Notes: generated by a model not told the origin, from the sequence alone. A stretch of 64,000 bases of DNA from an uncultured Chloroflexia bacterium (GCA_963728205.1 CAVSIV010000002.1:384001-448000); one strand, 5' to 3'; shown: positions 50,860 to 60,483, counted from the first letter of the stretch. A program made the numbers and translations.

Positions 50860-51315
50860 ATGATGGATGCCGCGCAGAAGGCGACGGCCCTGGCCGCGGT
50901 GCCGCTGTTCTCACAGGTGGGCCGGTCCGATCTCGAGCGCCTCGCGCGCGCGGCGGTCGAGCGGCACTTCGCGGCCGGCTCGACGATCGTCAAGGAGGGC
51001 GAGCGCGGCGTCGCCATGTTCATCATCGTCTCCGGCCAGGCCCAGGCGACGAAGGGCGAGACGAAGCTGGCCGAGTACGGCCCGGGCTCGTTCTTCGGCG
51101 ACCTGGCGCTGTTCGAGAGCTTCCCGCGCAGCGCCACGATCACGGCGACGAGCGACCTCGAGTGTCTCGCACTCACCGAGTGGGACTTCCAGTCGGAGAT
51201 CCGCGCGAACCCGGCCGTGGCGATCCAGCTGCTCAAGGCGATCGCGCGGCGGTTGCGCGACACCTCGGCGGAGCTCGCGGCGGCGCGCGGCGAAGGTCAG
51301 CCTCCGCTGGACTGA
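50860..51315 (+). CDS. Stand-alone cyclic nucleotide-binding domain protein
   Basis: VPLF, IVKEGE-G-MFII-SG, GSFFGDLAL-PRSATI phosphate-binding cassette; no HTH; AAGGAG RBS. Confidence 0.92.
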   Translation: MMDAAQKATALAAVPLFSQVGRSDLERLARAAVERHFAAGSTIVKEGERGVAMFIIVSGQAQATKGETKLAEYGPGSFFGDLALFESFPRSATITATSDLECLALTEWDFQSEIRANPAVAIQLLKAIARRLRDTSAELAAARGEGQPPLD

Positions 51316-51393
51316 GCGCGCCCACACCGGCCGCGCGAAGCGTGGCACGCGCGACACCGCCGCGCTCACACCGAGAACGAGAGGGACGAGCGC

Positions 51394-52011
51394 ATGGCTC
51401 CGCAGACGTACTACATCGAGCCGGTCGAGCCGGTGCTGCGGCGTTTCGTCGAGGACTTCCGCAACGTCGTCGCGCGCGAAGGTGAGGCGCCCGGGCTGCT
51501 CGACGCGCTGCGGGGGCCAACGGAGCGGCTGCTGGAGGACCCGACCTGGATCGCCGAGGCGTACCGCAAACCGGTGCCCGGCGCGACGGCCACCTGGGCC
51601 GTCTACCGGTCGCAGGACCCGGACCTCTGCATCTTCACGATGGTCGTGCCGCCGGGCGAGATGACGAAGGTGCACAACCACCTCACGAGCGGCTGGGTCG
51701 GCCTCGTGCAGGGCGGGCAGGTTGAGCGGATGTTCCGCCGCACCGATGACCGCTCACGGCCCGGCTACGCCGCGCTCGACCTCGTGTCCGAGACGAGCGT
51801 GGCGCTCGGCGAGCTCACGCCGCTGCAGTACCCGGACCACGACATCCACCAGGTGGTGACGACGTCGCGCGACGCCTCGGTATCACTGCACGTGCTCTGC
51901 AACGACCTGGGCACGGTCGAACGGCAGATGTTCGAACCGGAGGCGCACCGCGTGCAGGACTTCGTCTCCGGGTACACGAACGTGACGGGGCAGTCCGCGA
52001 TCGGTCGCTGA
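51394..52011 (+). CDS. Cysteine/thiol dioxygenase-like cupin
   Basis: VHNH, W-GLV-G, DIHQV, SVSLHV three-His cupin motifs. Confidence 0.8.
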   Translation: MAPQTYYIEPVEPVLRRFVEDFRNVVAREGEAPGLLDALRGPTERLLEDPTWIAEAYRKPVPGATATWAVYRSQDPDLCIFTMVVPPGEMTKVHNHLTSGWVGLVQGGQVERMFRRTDDRSRPGYAALDLVSETSVALGELTPLQYPDHDIHQVVTTSRDASVSLHVLCNDLGTVERQMFEPEAHRVQDFVSGYTNVTGQSAIGR

Positions 52012-52034
52012 GCGCAGCGCGGCGCGGGGAGGAG

Positions 52035-52394
52035 TCAGTCGTCGGGCAGCGCGTAGAAGCGCCGCACGGCGTCCTCCCAGGCAGTGTCCAGGAACCAGTC
52101 GACGCCGAGGTAGTCGAGCGTGCGCGCCATCATGCGCGGCAGCGTGTCCACGGCCGCGCCGTCGACGGCGTAGGGCGGCTCGCGACCGGGGAAGCACTCG
52201 CGGTGGCCCCACTCCCACGTGACGAGCGCCGGCGACGGCTCCGCGCCGGCCGCCACGGCGGCGCGGCGCCCGTCGACCAGGGCGACCGGCACGGAGAGCA
52301 GCCCCTCCGCGGGCGCGGCGAGCGGGCGGTCGCCGCAGGCGTCGCAGGCGCGCCAGCCCGCCATCGGCAGCGTGGTCGGGACGTCGTCGGCCAT
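52035..52394 (-). CDS. Hypothetical protein with CxxC and HxxC
   Basis: CDAC, WGHREC; coding-like GC3; follows the histidine kinase on the same strand. Confidence 0.65.
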   Translation of the reverse strand: MADDVPTTLPMAGWRACDACGDRPLAAPAEGLLSVPVALVDGRRAAVAAGAEPSPALVTWEWGHRECFPGREPPYAVDGAAVDTLPRMMARTLDYLGVDWFLDTAWEDAVRRFYALPDD

Positions 52395-52442
52395 CGGGCC
52401 ATCCGTTCGGGTCGCGCGAACGTGGGTGACCCACGCGGCGGG

Positions 52443-54209
52443 TCAGTCTTCGTTGAGCAGGACCTCGCGGGTGAGCGGCAGCCGGACGACGAACTCCGCG
52501 CCGCCGCCGACGGGCTCGCGGAGGATGAGGTCGGCATGGAGTCGCGCGGCGATCAGCTGCGAGAGGTAGAGCCCGAGCCCCATCCCGCGCACCTTGCGCG
52601 AGGACTCGCCGCGCACGAAGCGGCCGAAGATGCTGGAGCGCAGCTCGGGGGCGACGCCGGGCCCGCGGTCGCGGACCGCGATGGTCGTCCGGCGGTCCTC
52701 GGCCGTCAGCGTGAGCGTGATGTGCGGCGCCGGGCCGCCGTGCTTCGCGGCGTTGTCGAGCAGGTTGCCGACGATCTGGCGAATGCGATCCGGGTCGGTG
52801 AGCGCGATGTGCGGGCCGTCGGGGTAGACGCGATCGACCCGCACGCTGGGGAAGCGGCGCAGCATCGCCTGCACCTCCTCGTCGAGCAGGTGGCGCAGCT
52901 CGACGGGCTCCGGCGCCAGCTCGACGCGGCCGGACTCGAGGTCCGCGAGGTTCAGCAGCGTGTCGAGCGTCGTGCGCATGCGCCGCGCCTCGGCGGCGAG
53001 CGTTTCGATGTCCGCCCGCGTCTGCTCGTCGAACTGGTCGGCACGGCGGGAGAGCCGGTAGGAGTACCCGAGCACGCTCGTGAGCGGCGTGCGCAACTCG
53101 TGCGAGACGGACGAGAGGAACGCCTCGCGCACGTCCGCGGTCTCCTGCGCGAGCCGGTAGTTGCGCGCGTTGTCGACGGCGAATGCGGCGCGCGAGGCGA
53201 GCTCCATACCGAGGGTGATGTCCTCGTGCCCATAGCGGTGCTGCGGGTGGCTCGACACCATCTCGATCACGCCGATCGTGCGGCCGCGCGCGACCATCGG
53301 CAGCAGGAGCGCGGAGCGGATCGCGAGGATCTCGAGCAGCTCGCGGTGCTCGGCGTCGCGGGCCTGCGTCTCGAGCGTGCCGGAGGGGATGGTCGAGTAA
53401 ACCTCCGGCTGGCCGGTGCGGATCACGTTCTGCAGGCCCTGGCGGGTGCCGCGCGCCTCGCCGTAGTCGCGGCGCAGGCGACGCACGCGCTCGACGAGCC
53501 GGGGGTCGCGGTGCGCGATCTCCAGCTCCCGGACGTTGCCGTCGTCGTCGACGAGGTGCACGGCCGCCCAGTCGGCCATGCGCCGCACGAGCAGCTGCGC
53601 GAAGGCGCGCAGGGTCTCCTCGTACTCGAGCGAGTTGCTGAGGAGCGCCGTGGCCTCCGAGAGCAGGTCCTGCGCGCTCGCGTGCTGGCGGAGGTGGATC
53701 GCTGCGCCGAGCACGTTCGCAACCGCCTGCAGGAAGTTGCCGTCATCCTGCGTGAAGGTGCGGCGCTCCCGGGTGTGCGCGCCGACGACGCCGAACGACT
53801 TGCGCGGGCCGCGGATCAACACGCTGATGCCGGAGACGACGTCGTGATCGAGCAGCAGCTGCGCGCTGTGGAAGCGCCGCTCGCTTGCGAGATCCTCCAC
53901 CATCACGGGCTGATCCGAGGCGAGCGCATAGCCGGCCTGCGAGTCCAGCCCGCCCGGGAGGATGGCGGAGCCGACCAGCCCCTCGTGCCAGCCGTAGCCG
54001 GCGCGCAGCAGGAGCTCCTGGCTTCCCGGCAAGCGCTGGAGAATCTTCACGAACTCGACGTCGAGGTGGTTCGCAATCAGGCGCGCCGCGTCGTTGAGGA
54101 ACTCGTCGAGCTCGGGCGTCGTGAGCGCCCGTTCACCGAGCTCGGCCACGAGGGCTTGCTGCCGCAAGCGACGCTCGAGGACGCTGTCGGCGAGGCGGGA
54201 GTCGGCCAT
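52443..54209 (-). CDS. Cytoplasmic GAF-GAF sensor histidine kinase
   Basis: Two GAF domains, SHELRTPL H-box, NLLDNAAKH, D-GPG, GMGLGL. Confidence 0.93.
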   Translation of the reverse strand: MADSRLADSVLERRLRQQALVAELGERALTTPELDEFLNDAARLIANHLDVEFVKILQRLPGSQELLLRAGYGWHEGLVGSAILPGGLDSQAGYALASDQPVMVEDLASERRFHSAQLLLDHDVVSGISVLIRGPRKSFGVVGAHTRERRTFTQDDGNFLQAVANVLGAAIHLRQHASAQDLLSEATALLSNSLEYEETLRAFAQLLVRRMADWAAVHLVDDDGNVRELEIAHRDPRLVERVRRLRRDYGEARGTRQGLQNVIRTGQPEVYSTIPSGTLETQARDAEHRELLEILAIRSALLLPMVARGRTIGVIEMVSSHPQHRYGHEDITLGMELASRAAFAVDNARNYRLAQETADVREAFLSSVSHELRTPLTSVLGYSYRLSRRADQFDEQTRADIETLAAEARRMRTTLDTLLNLADLESGRVELAPEPVELRHLLDEEVQAMLRRFPSVRVDRVYPDGPHIALTDPDRIRQIVGNLLDNAAKHGGPAPHITLTLTAEDRRTTIAVRDRGPGVAPELRSSIFGRFVRGESSRKVRGMGLGLYLSQLIAARLHADLILREPVGGGAEFVVRLPLTREVLLNED

Positions 54210-54447
54210 CGGGCGTCCTTCCTCAGCGCTGCGACCTTTCGGGAGGATACCCCCTGCGATCACCTTCGCCGATGGCACGAATCGCGAGCATGCGCGCGGA
54301 TGGACCAGCGATGAGGACCCTCATCGCCGTACGGACAGCCATCGGGGCTGAGCCGTGGGACCGCTTCTCGCGCCGGCTGGAGGAGCCGGGGCGCGTGGTG
54401 CGGCGAATCGCGTCCGAGCGCGCCCTCGGGCCGGCCTGAGCGGGCCG

Positions 54448-54798
54448 CTACCAGTACGTCGGCTCGCCGTAGTGACCGTGGATCTCCTGACCCCACGCCC
54501 GATCGGCGAAGTCCGGCACCTCGTCCCGCGCGTAGCCGGGCGCCCGCAGCAGCACGTCGCGCTCGATGTCGAGCAGGAGGGTGTCCCGGTCGTCGCTCAG
54601 CCGGAAGAGCGACCACGGCACGGCGAAGCGCTTCCCAGGCTGTCCGAGCTGCTCGTTGAACGAGAGGATCGCGTACGCGACGCGGCGATGCTCCAGGTCG
54701 AGCACCACGTCCTCGATCCAGCCCAGCGGCTCGCCCGCGATATTCGTGACACGATCGCCCATGAGGTCGCTGGCGGCGATGACGGTCGACTTCGGCAT
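54448..54798 (-). CDS. PRC-barrel domain protein
   Basis: ASDLMG-V-N-GE-LG-IEDVVLD, VAYA-LSF, AVPW, APG. Confidence 0.9.
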   Translation of the reverse strand: MPKSTVIAASDLMGDRVTNIAGEPLGWIEDVVLDLEHRRVAYAILSFNEQLGQPGKRFAVPWSLFRLSDDRDTLLLDIERDVLLRAPGYARDEVPDFADRAWGQEIHGHYGEPTYW

Positions 54799-54967
54799 GT
54801 GGCGGCGCCTTTCCGTGACCACGCGGCGCTGCAGGGCCGTGCGCGCGCTCTCTTCGCATGATGCCGCGCGACGGCAAGCGCGCGCAGTGGCGGAGGTCCT
54901 CGCCGAGGGTGACCAGCAGGCCGAGCGGACGGCCCGCGCTCGGGATCCGCCGCAGCGGTGGGCTGCC

Positions 54968-56095
54968 TCAGTGGTCGCGGCGTCGCGCGGCGGGGCGCCG
55001 CGCGTGCGTGTTCGCCGGCGCGCGGTCGATGCGCCGCGGACCGGGCTCGGCGCCGAGCGGCTGCACCCGGTCGTCGTCTTCGACCTCGACGGCGACGGCT
55101 GCGGGACGCGCCATGCCTCCGCGTACGCCGCCCATCGAGACGCGAGCGCGCCAGCGCCGAACGGCGGACGGCGCGTCCCACACGAGCCAGAACGAGAGCA
55201 TCGCGTACAGCGAGCCGGCGACGCAGTCGACGACATAATGCTCACCCATGTAGACGACCGCGAAGGTCATCAGCACCGGGTAGAGGACGGTGAGCCAGGA
55301 CCAGCGCCCCGGCCACAGCCGCGTCGCCACGAGGAACACGAGGAACGGATAGCCGATGTGCAGTGACGGCATCGCGGCGTACGGGTTGGGATCGATCCAC
55401 TGGTAGACGGTGAAGAACGGTCTGAAGAGGACGAAGTGGCCGACCGTGTACGCAAAGACATCGGTGAGCGGTTGCACGGCACCCTGCGCGTAGGCCAGCC
55501 GCGGCGGCATCGCCGGGAAGATCGCGTAGGTCGCGAAGCCCAGGTAGGAGAGCACGAGGACGGCGAGGACGTAGCGCCAGTAGGTGCGCCGGTCGTGGCG
55601 CAGCCAGAGCCAGAACGCGAGGCCGAGCACGCCGACGAAGTGCACGAAATACAGTCCGGTGGCGAAGACGTCGATGGGACCGACGTGGCCCGGCACGTAC
55701 AGCAGGTGCTGGAGCCGCACGGTCGGGATCGGCGTCCCGAAGAGCAGGCGCTCGAGCGACGCGATGTCGCCGACGTGGATGTGCCCGTCCCAGTGCAGCG
55801 ACAGGCCGCGGAACTCCTCGTACGCGAGCAGCAGGAGCGCGAAGGGGATCCAGTCCGCGAGGAACGTCTTGCCGCGCCGCATCACGATGGCAAGCGGGAA
55901 GAACGCCAGCGCGAGCAGATCGATCGTCGGGAAGTAGCCGTCGACCACGAGCAGCGCGGTGACGACGGCGAGGTAGATCAGGAAGCCGACCGAGATCAGC
56001 CGCCACTCGGTGCGCCCGAAGGCCGTGCGCGGTTGCTCGGACGGCGTGCCGCCCTCCGCCGGCTCGCGGTCGGTCGGCGGCACGCGGTCGCTCAT
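54968..56095 (-). CDS. PAP2/AUR1-like (inositol phosphorylceramide synthase family) membrane protein
   Basis: DW-PF, FPAMPPR, YAAMPSLH, VYMGEHYVVD. Confidence 0.88.
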   Translation of the reverse strand: MSDRVPPTDREPAEGGTPSEQPRTAFGRTEWRLISVGFLIYLAVVTALLVVDGYFPTIDLLALAFFPLAIVMRRGKTFLADWIPFALLLLAYEEFRGLSLHWDGHIHVGDIASLERLLFGTPIPTVRLQHLLYVPGHVGPIDVFATGLYFVHFVGVLGLAFWLWLRHDRRTYWRYVLAVLVLSYLGFATYAIFPAMPPRLAYAQGAVQPLTDVFAYTVGHFVLFRPFFTVYQWIDPNPYAAMPSLHIGYPFLVFLVATRLWPGRWSWLTVLYPVLMTFAVVYMGEHYVVDCVAGSLYAMLSFWLVWDAPSAVRRWRARVSMGGVRGGMARPAAVAVEVEDDDRVQPLGAEPGPRRIDRAPANTHARRPAARRRDH

Positions 56096-57390
56096 GCGGC
56101 GCTCCCGGTGCCCGCGGTGGTGAGCTCGGGCGCGTCGCTCGTGGCGGCGGCGGTGGCGGACGCGGCGCGGCGCGCATGGCGGCGGTAGCCGAGCGCGATC
56201 GCGACGCCGGCGATGCAGACCATCCCCATCTCGACAGTCGCGAGCTGGACGCCCTGGCGCTCGGCCAGCGAACCGACGATCACGCTCCCGATGGGAGTGC
56301 TACCGGCAAAGAGCAGCATGTAGATGCTCATGACGCGTCCTCGCAGGGCGGCCGGCGCGGTGAGCTGGAGGCGGGTGTTCGCGGTCGCTGTAAACAGGAT
56401 ACTGAACAGGCCCAGCACGACCAGCAGCGGCAGCGTCGCCGGCCACCAGCGCGAGCAGGCGACCGCGACGAGCGCCAGGCTGAAGCCGGACGCGCCGATG
56501 AACAGCGTGCGCTCGGTGGCGCGGCCGCGGTACGCGATCCAGACCGATGCGACCAGCGAGCCGACCGCCATCGCGGAGGTGAGCGCCCCAAAGCCGAGCG
56601 GGCCGGCGCGCAGCACGTACTTCGCGATCAACGGGAGCAGGACCGTGAAGTTGTACCCGAAGGTCCCCAGGATGCCCATCATGATCAGGACGATCGCGAT
56701 GTCCGGCGTACCGACGGCGTACCGCAGTCCCTCGCCGATCTGGCGCAGCATGCGACCGTGGGCCCGCGCGGGCGGGGCGAGCAGCCGATCCGGGCGCAGC
56801 ATGAACAGCGCCGCGAGCACGCCGACGTACGAGACGGCGTTCAGGTAGAACGTGCCGGCGATGCCGATCAGCGCGATGGTCGCCCCGCCGAGGCCGGGAC
56901 CGACGATGCGCGCCGCGTTGAACTGCGTCGAGTTGAGGGCCACGGCGTTCGGGAGGTCTTCGGGACCGACCATCTCCACCACGAACGCCTGCCGTGTCGG
57001 GTTGTCGATGGCGGACGCGATGCCGAGCACGGCGGCGAGCACGTAGACGTACTCCACGCGCACGAGCCCCGTGGACGTGAGCACCGCGAGCACGGCGGCC
57101 TGCGCGAGCATCACGCTCTGCGTCACGAGCAGGATCCGGCGCTTCGGGAAGCGGTCGGCGATCACGCCACCGAACAGCGAGAACGCGAGGATCGGCGTGA
57201 ACTGGATGGTCGTGACGAGACCGAGCGCCAGCGGGGAGTTCGTCAGCCGGAGCACCAGCCATGCCTGGCCGATGCTCTGCATCCAGGTGCCGGTGACGGA
57301 GACGAGCTGGCCGAACCAGAAGAGGCGGTAGTTGGGGTTGCTCAGCGCGCGGAACGTGCGCTGGACCCCCTCGCGGGGGTGGCGATACAT
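56092..57390 (-). CDS. MFS transporter
   Basis: 12 TMs, GQ-VS-GTWMQ, GGVIADRFPKR, NAVALNS, RGRVMS. Confidence 0.93.
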   Translation of the reverse strand: MYRHPREGVQRTFRALSNPNYRLFWFGQLVSVTGTWMQSIGQAWLVLRLTNSPLALGLVTTIQFTPILAFSLFGGVIADRFPKRRILLVTQSVMLAQAAVLAVLTSTGLVRVEYVYVLAAVLGIASAIDNPTRQAFVVEMVGPEDLPNAVALNSTQFNAARIVGPGLGGATIALIGIAGTFYLNAVSYVGVLAALFMLRPDRLLAPPARAHGRMLRQIGEGLRYAVGTPDIAIVLIMMGILGTFGYNFTVLLPLIAKYVLRAGPLGFGALTSAMAVGSLVASVWIAYRGRATERTLFIGASGFSLALVAVACSRWWPATLPLLVVLGLFSILFTATANTRLQLTAPAALRGRVMSIYMLLFAGSTPIGSVIVGSLAERQGVQLATVEMGMVCIAGVAIALGYRRHARRAASATAAATSDAPELTTAGTGSAA

Positions 57391-57481
57391 CGAGGGGTTC
57401 CTTCTACGGGCGATCCCGCGAGAGGCGCGCCTGTGCCGGCCGCTGAACGCGCCGCCGGCTGAGGTGATGCGTCAGAACAAG

Positions 57482-57500
57482 ATGATACGGTATCGCCGTA
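57482..57500 (-). promoter_or_regulatory. -10 box overlapped by a palindromic operator upstream of the MFS-PAP2 genes
   Basis: TATCAT (57487-57482) overlapped by TACGG-N5-CCGTA (57486-57500). Confidence 0.45.
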
Positions 57501-57528
57501 GTACATGGGAAGCCGCAGAGGAGTTGGG

Positions 57529-57927
57529 TTACGCGCCGCCGGGGCGCCGGAGCTGCTCCTCCACCCGTTCCAGCAACTCGTCGAGGTCGAACGGCTTGGC
57601 GATGATCGAGGCGGCACCGGGGAGCGAGCGGCGCGTCTCGTCCGTGATGCGGCGCGCCGTGACGACGATCACCGCCGGCGCCGCTGCGTCGCCGATGCGG
57701 CTGCGCAACTCGCGGTAGAACGTGACGCCGTCCATCACCGGCATCATCAGGTCGAGCACGATGACGTCGGGACGCTCCGCCTGGACGCTGTCGAGGGCCT
57801 GGGAGCCGTCGCCCGCCGTACCGACGTCATAGCCCTCGTCGGTGAACACGGCTTCGAGCATGGAGCGGATTGCGGGATCGTCGTCGACCACGAGGATGCG
57901 CGCAGTCTGCGTGGGTGCGTTCTTCAT
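57529..57927 (-). CDS. Single-domain response regulator (CheY-like)
   Basis: ILVVDDD, LDLMMPVMDG, VTA, AKPF. Confidence 0.93.
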   Translation of the reverse strand: MKNAPTQTARILVVDDDPAIRSMLEAVFTDEGYDVGTAGDGSQALDSVQAERPDVIVLDLMMPVMDGVTFYRELRSRIGDAAAPAVIVVTARRITDETRRSLPGAASIIAKPFDLDELLERVEEQLRRPGGA

Positions 57928-58195
57928 GGCTCCACTCTGCCTATACGGACCGGTCTCCGCCGGCATGGGGCATGCCTGCCGCACGTCTCCCACACATCGA
58001 GCCTCACAGACGCACACAACCCCGGCTCCGGCCGCGCTCCCACGCCGGTCGGCGCCTCGGACTCTGGTGCCGCGAGCCGAGGCCAACGCTAGCGAACGTG
58101 GGCGTCCGGAGGGAAGAGGGCGATCCCCGAGTCCCGTCGATCTGCAACGATGTTGCAAGTGTCATATCACGAGCCGGAAGTTGGCGTGCGGCCGC

Positions 58196-59977
58196 TTACG
58201 TCTCGTCGATCGCCTCCGCGACCTCCTCGAGATCGAGCATGCCGACCAGCCGATCCGGCGCGCCGGGATCGACGACCGGCAGTTGGAGCACGTCGGCGTC
58301 CGCCATGCGTGCGTGAGCGTCGCGCAGGCTCTCCACCGTGGACGCCGTGATCACCTCGCGCGACATCGACTCGCCGACGCTCGCCTGACCGGCTTCTCGC
58401 GCGCGGAGGAGGTCGAGGATGGTGAACATGCCGACGAGCCGCCCCTCCTCGACGACGGGCAGGGCGCGCAGGCGGGATGCCTCCATCAGGTGCTCCGCCG
58501 CGTCGAGTGGGCTGCCGGGCGCAACGGTCTGGGGATCGGGCAGCATGACGTCGCCGACGGTGAGGCCGGCGTGCAGCGTGGTCTCGATCTCGCGGCGGTG
58601 CGACGGCGACTGCTCGCGCGTGGCGACCTGGCTCTCGTAGATGCTGACCTGCCCGCTGACGAGGTACGCCATCGACGCCGCGAGCATCGCCGGCACGATC
58701 ATGCTGAACTCGCCCGTCATCTCGACGACCATCAACGTGACCGCCACCGGCGCATTCGCGATGCCCCCGAACAGCGCCATCATGCCGACGATGACGAACG
58801 GCCCCGCGGTCGGCGTGAGCGCGAAGGCGTGGCCCGTCGAGAGGACGGCCCACAGCGCCCCGCCGAGCGCCCCGCCGATGACCAGCCCCGGCGCGAAGAC
58901 GCCGCCGCTGCCGCCGGAGCCGATGGTGAGCGACGTGCCCACGATCTTCGCGACGACGAGCAGCAGCATCGTGCCGTAGGCGAGGCGGGCGGTGTTGCCG
59001 TCGATCGCGTACTGGAGCCAGCCATAGCCGGTGCCGGTCACCTGGGGCAGCCAGATCGCGATGACGCCGACCACGAGGCCGGCGATCGCGGGCTTCACGT
59101 GCGGGGGGAGCGGGATCCGGCGGAAGAAGTCGCGCGTGCGGTAGAACGACAGGACGTAGACGCGCCCGACGACCCCGCACGCGACGCCGAGCACGGTGTA
59201 CCAGATGAGCGCCAGCGGGTCGGAGAAGGTGAAGCCGGACTGGCCGAAGATCGGCGAGAAACCGGACCACACGGCGTAGATCGTGAAGCCGATCGCCGAG
59301 GCGATGAAGCCCGGGATGATCGCCGACGCCTCGAAATCGCGCCGGTAGGGCACCTCGGCGCCGAGGATCGCGCCGCCGAACGGCGCCTTGAAGATCGAGC
59401 CGATCCCGGCGCCGATGCCGACCGCGATCGCCGTGCGGCGGTCGCGCTGGTCGAGGCGCAGCAGCTCGCCCAGCCACGACGCGAAGCCGGCGGAGATCTG
59501 CGCGGTCGGGCCCTCGCGGCCCGCGCTGCCGCCCGAGCCGATCGTGATCGCGGAGGCGACGAGCTTCACCGCCGGGATGCGCGGGCGGATGCGGCCGGCC
59601 GTCTCATGCAGCGCCTTGATCGCGGCGTCGGTGCCGTGGCCCTCGGCCTCGGGAGCGAGCGTGAACACGATCACGCCGCTCAGCAGCCCGCCCGCGCCCA
59701 CGATCACGGGCAGCAGCCAGCGACGCGTGGGCCCGACCGGCGTGCTCGTCAGCGCCTCGCCGCGCGGCAGCGGCGGCACGTAGCCGGCGCCGAGCTCCAG
59801 GAAGAGGTGTGTGGCGAGGTGGATCGCGGCGGAGAAGAGGATCGCGCCGACGCCGGCGGCGATGCCAATCAGCACGCCGAGCACGACCCAGCGGCGCAAG
59901 TAGCCGCCGAGCACACGGTTGCGCAGCGTGACGAAGCGGTGGCGCGGCGGCGGAGCGGGCAGCGGACCTTCGTGCAC
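58196..59977 (-). CDS. CLC (EriC) chloride channel/antiporter with CBS pair
   Basis: EAEGHGTD, GREGP, FKAPFGG, GGVFAP, EMTG, two C-terminal CBS domains. Confidence 0.95.
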   Translation of the reverse strand: MHEGPLPAPPPRHRFVTLRNRVLGGYLRRWVVLGVLIGIAAGVGAILFSAAIHLATHLFLELGAGYVPPLPRGEALTSTPVGPTRRWLLPVIVGAGGLLSGVIVFTLAPEAEGHGTDAAIKALHETAGRIRPRIPAVKLVASAITIGSGGSAGREGPTAQISAGFASWLGELLRLDQRDRRTAIAVGIGAGIGSIFKAPFGGAILGAEVPYRRDFEASAIIPGFIASAIGFTIYAVWSGFSPIFGQSGFTFSDPLALIWYTVLGVACGVVGRVYVLSFYRTRDFFRRIPLPPHVKPAIAGLVVGVIAIWLPQVTGTGYGWLQYAIDGNTARLAYGTMLLLVVAKIVGTSLTIGSGGSGGVFAPGLVIGGALGGALWAVLSTGHAFALTPTAGPFVIVGMMALFGGIANAPVAVTLMVVEMTGEFSMIVPAMLAASMAYLVSGQVSIYESQVATREQSPSHRREIETTLHAGLTVGDVMLPDPQTVAPGSPLDAAEHLMEASRLRALPVVEEGRLVGMFTILDLLRAREAGQASVGESMSREVITASTVESLRDAHARMADADVLQLPVVDPGAPDRLVGMLDLEEVAEAIDET

Positions 59978-60016
59978 GCACCCCTGCCGATCCCGCCCGG
60001 CGCCGCCGCTCGCGTG

Positions 60017-60445
60017 CTAGAGCAGCGGCTCCGGCTCGCCCGGCACCACGCCCGGGCGGACGAGGATCGCGGGCACGTTCACCGCGTCGAGCACGTCCTC
60101 CGAGACGCTGCCGAACATCATCTTGCTGACGCCCCTGCGCCGGTGCGTGGCCATCACCACGAGGTCGACGTCCTTCTCGCGGATGGCGTCGGCGATCACG
60201 CGCGCGGGCTCGCCGTCCACTGCAAAGTAGCCGATCCCCTCGACGTCGCGGAGCGCGGCGATGCGCTCGTTGAGCCGGCGCTCGAGCTCGGCACGCTTGC
60301 CGGGCGCCTCGAGGTCGTCAACGGCCTCCCCCACCGTGAGCAGCACCAGCTGCGACGGCTGGCCGCAGCCGCGGGCGATGTCCTCCGCGTAGGCGATCGC
60401 CGACTGCGAGAGCGCCGAGCCGTCGACGGGCACGAGGATGCGCAT
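60017..60445 (-). CDS. Universal stress protein
   Basis: ILVPVDGS, DLVVMATH, FGSVSE-V, P-ILVR. Confidence 0.93.
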   Translation of the reverse strand: MRILVPVDGSALSQSAIAYAEDIARGCGQPSQLVLLTVGEAVDDLEAPGKRAELERRLNERIAALRDVEGIGYFAVDGEPARVIADAIREKDVDLVVMATHRRRGVSKMMFGSVSEDVLDAVNVPAILVRPGVVPGEPEPLL

Positions 60446-60483
60446 GCGTTCCTGCCTCTCCGGTGCGCCGCCCGCGGTCCCGC

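Noticed and set aside
48537-51315. Canonical Pycsar or CBASS anti-phage operon
   Set aside because: Genes are not co-directional, the CNBD has no TIR or TM effector, the cyclase carries a metabolite-sensing domain, and there is no defence-island context
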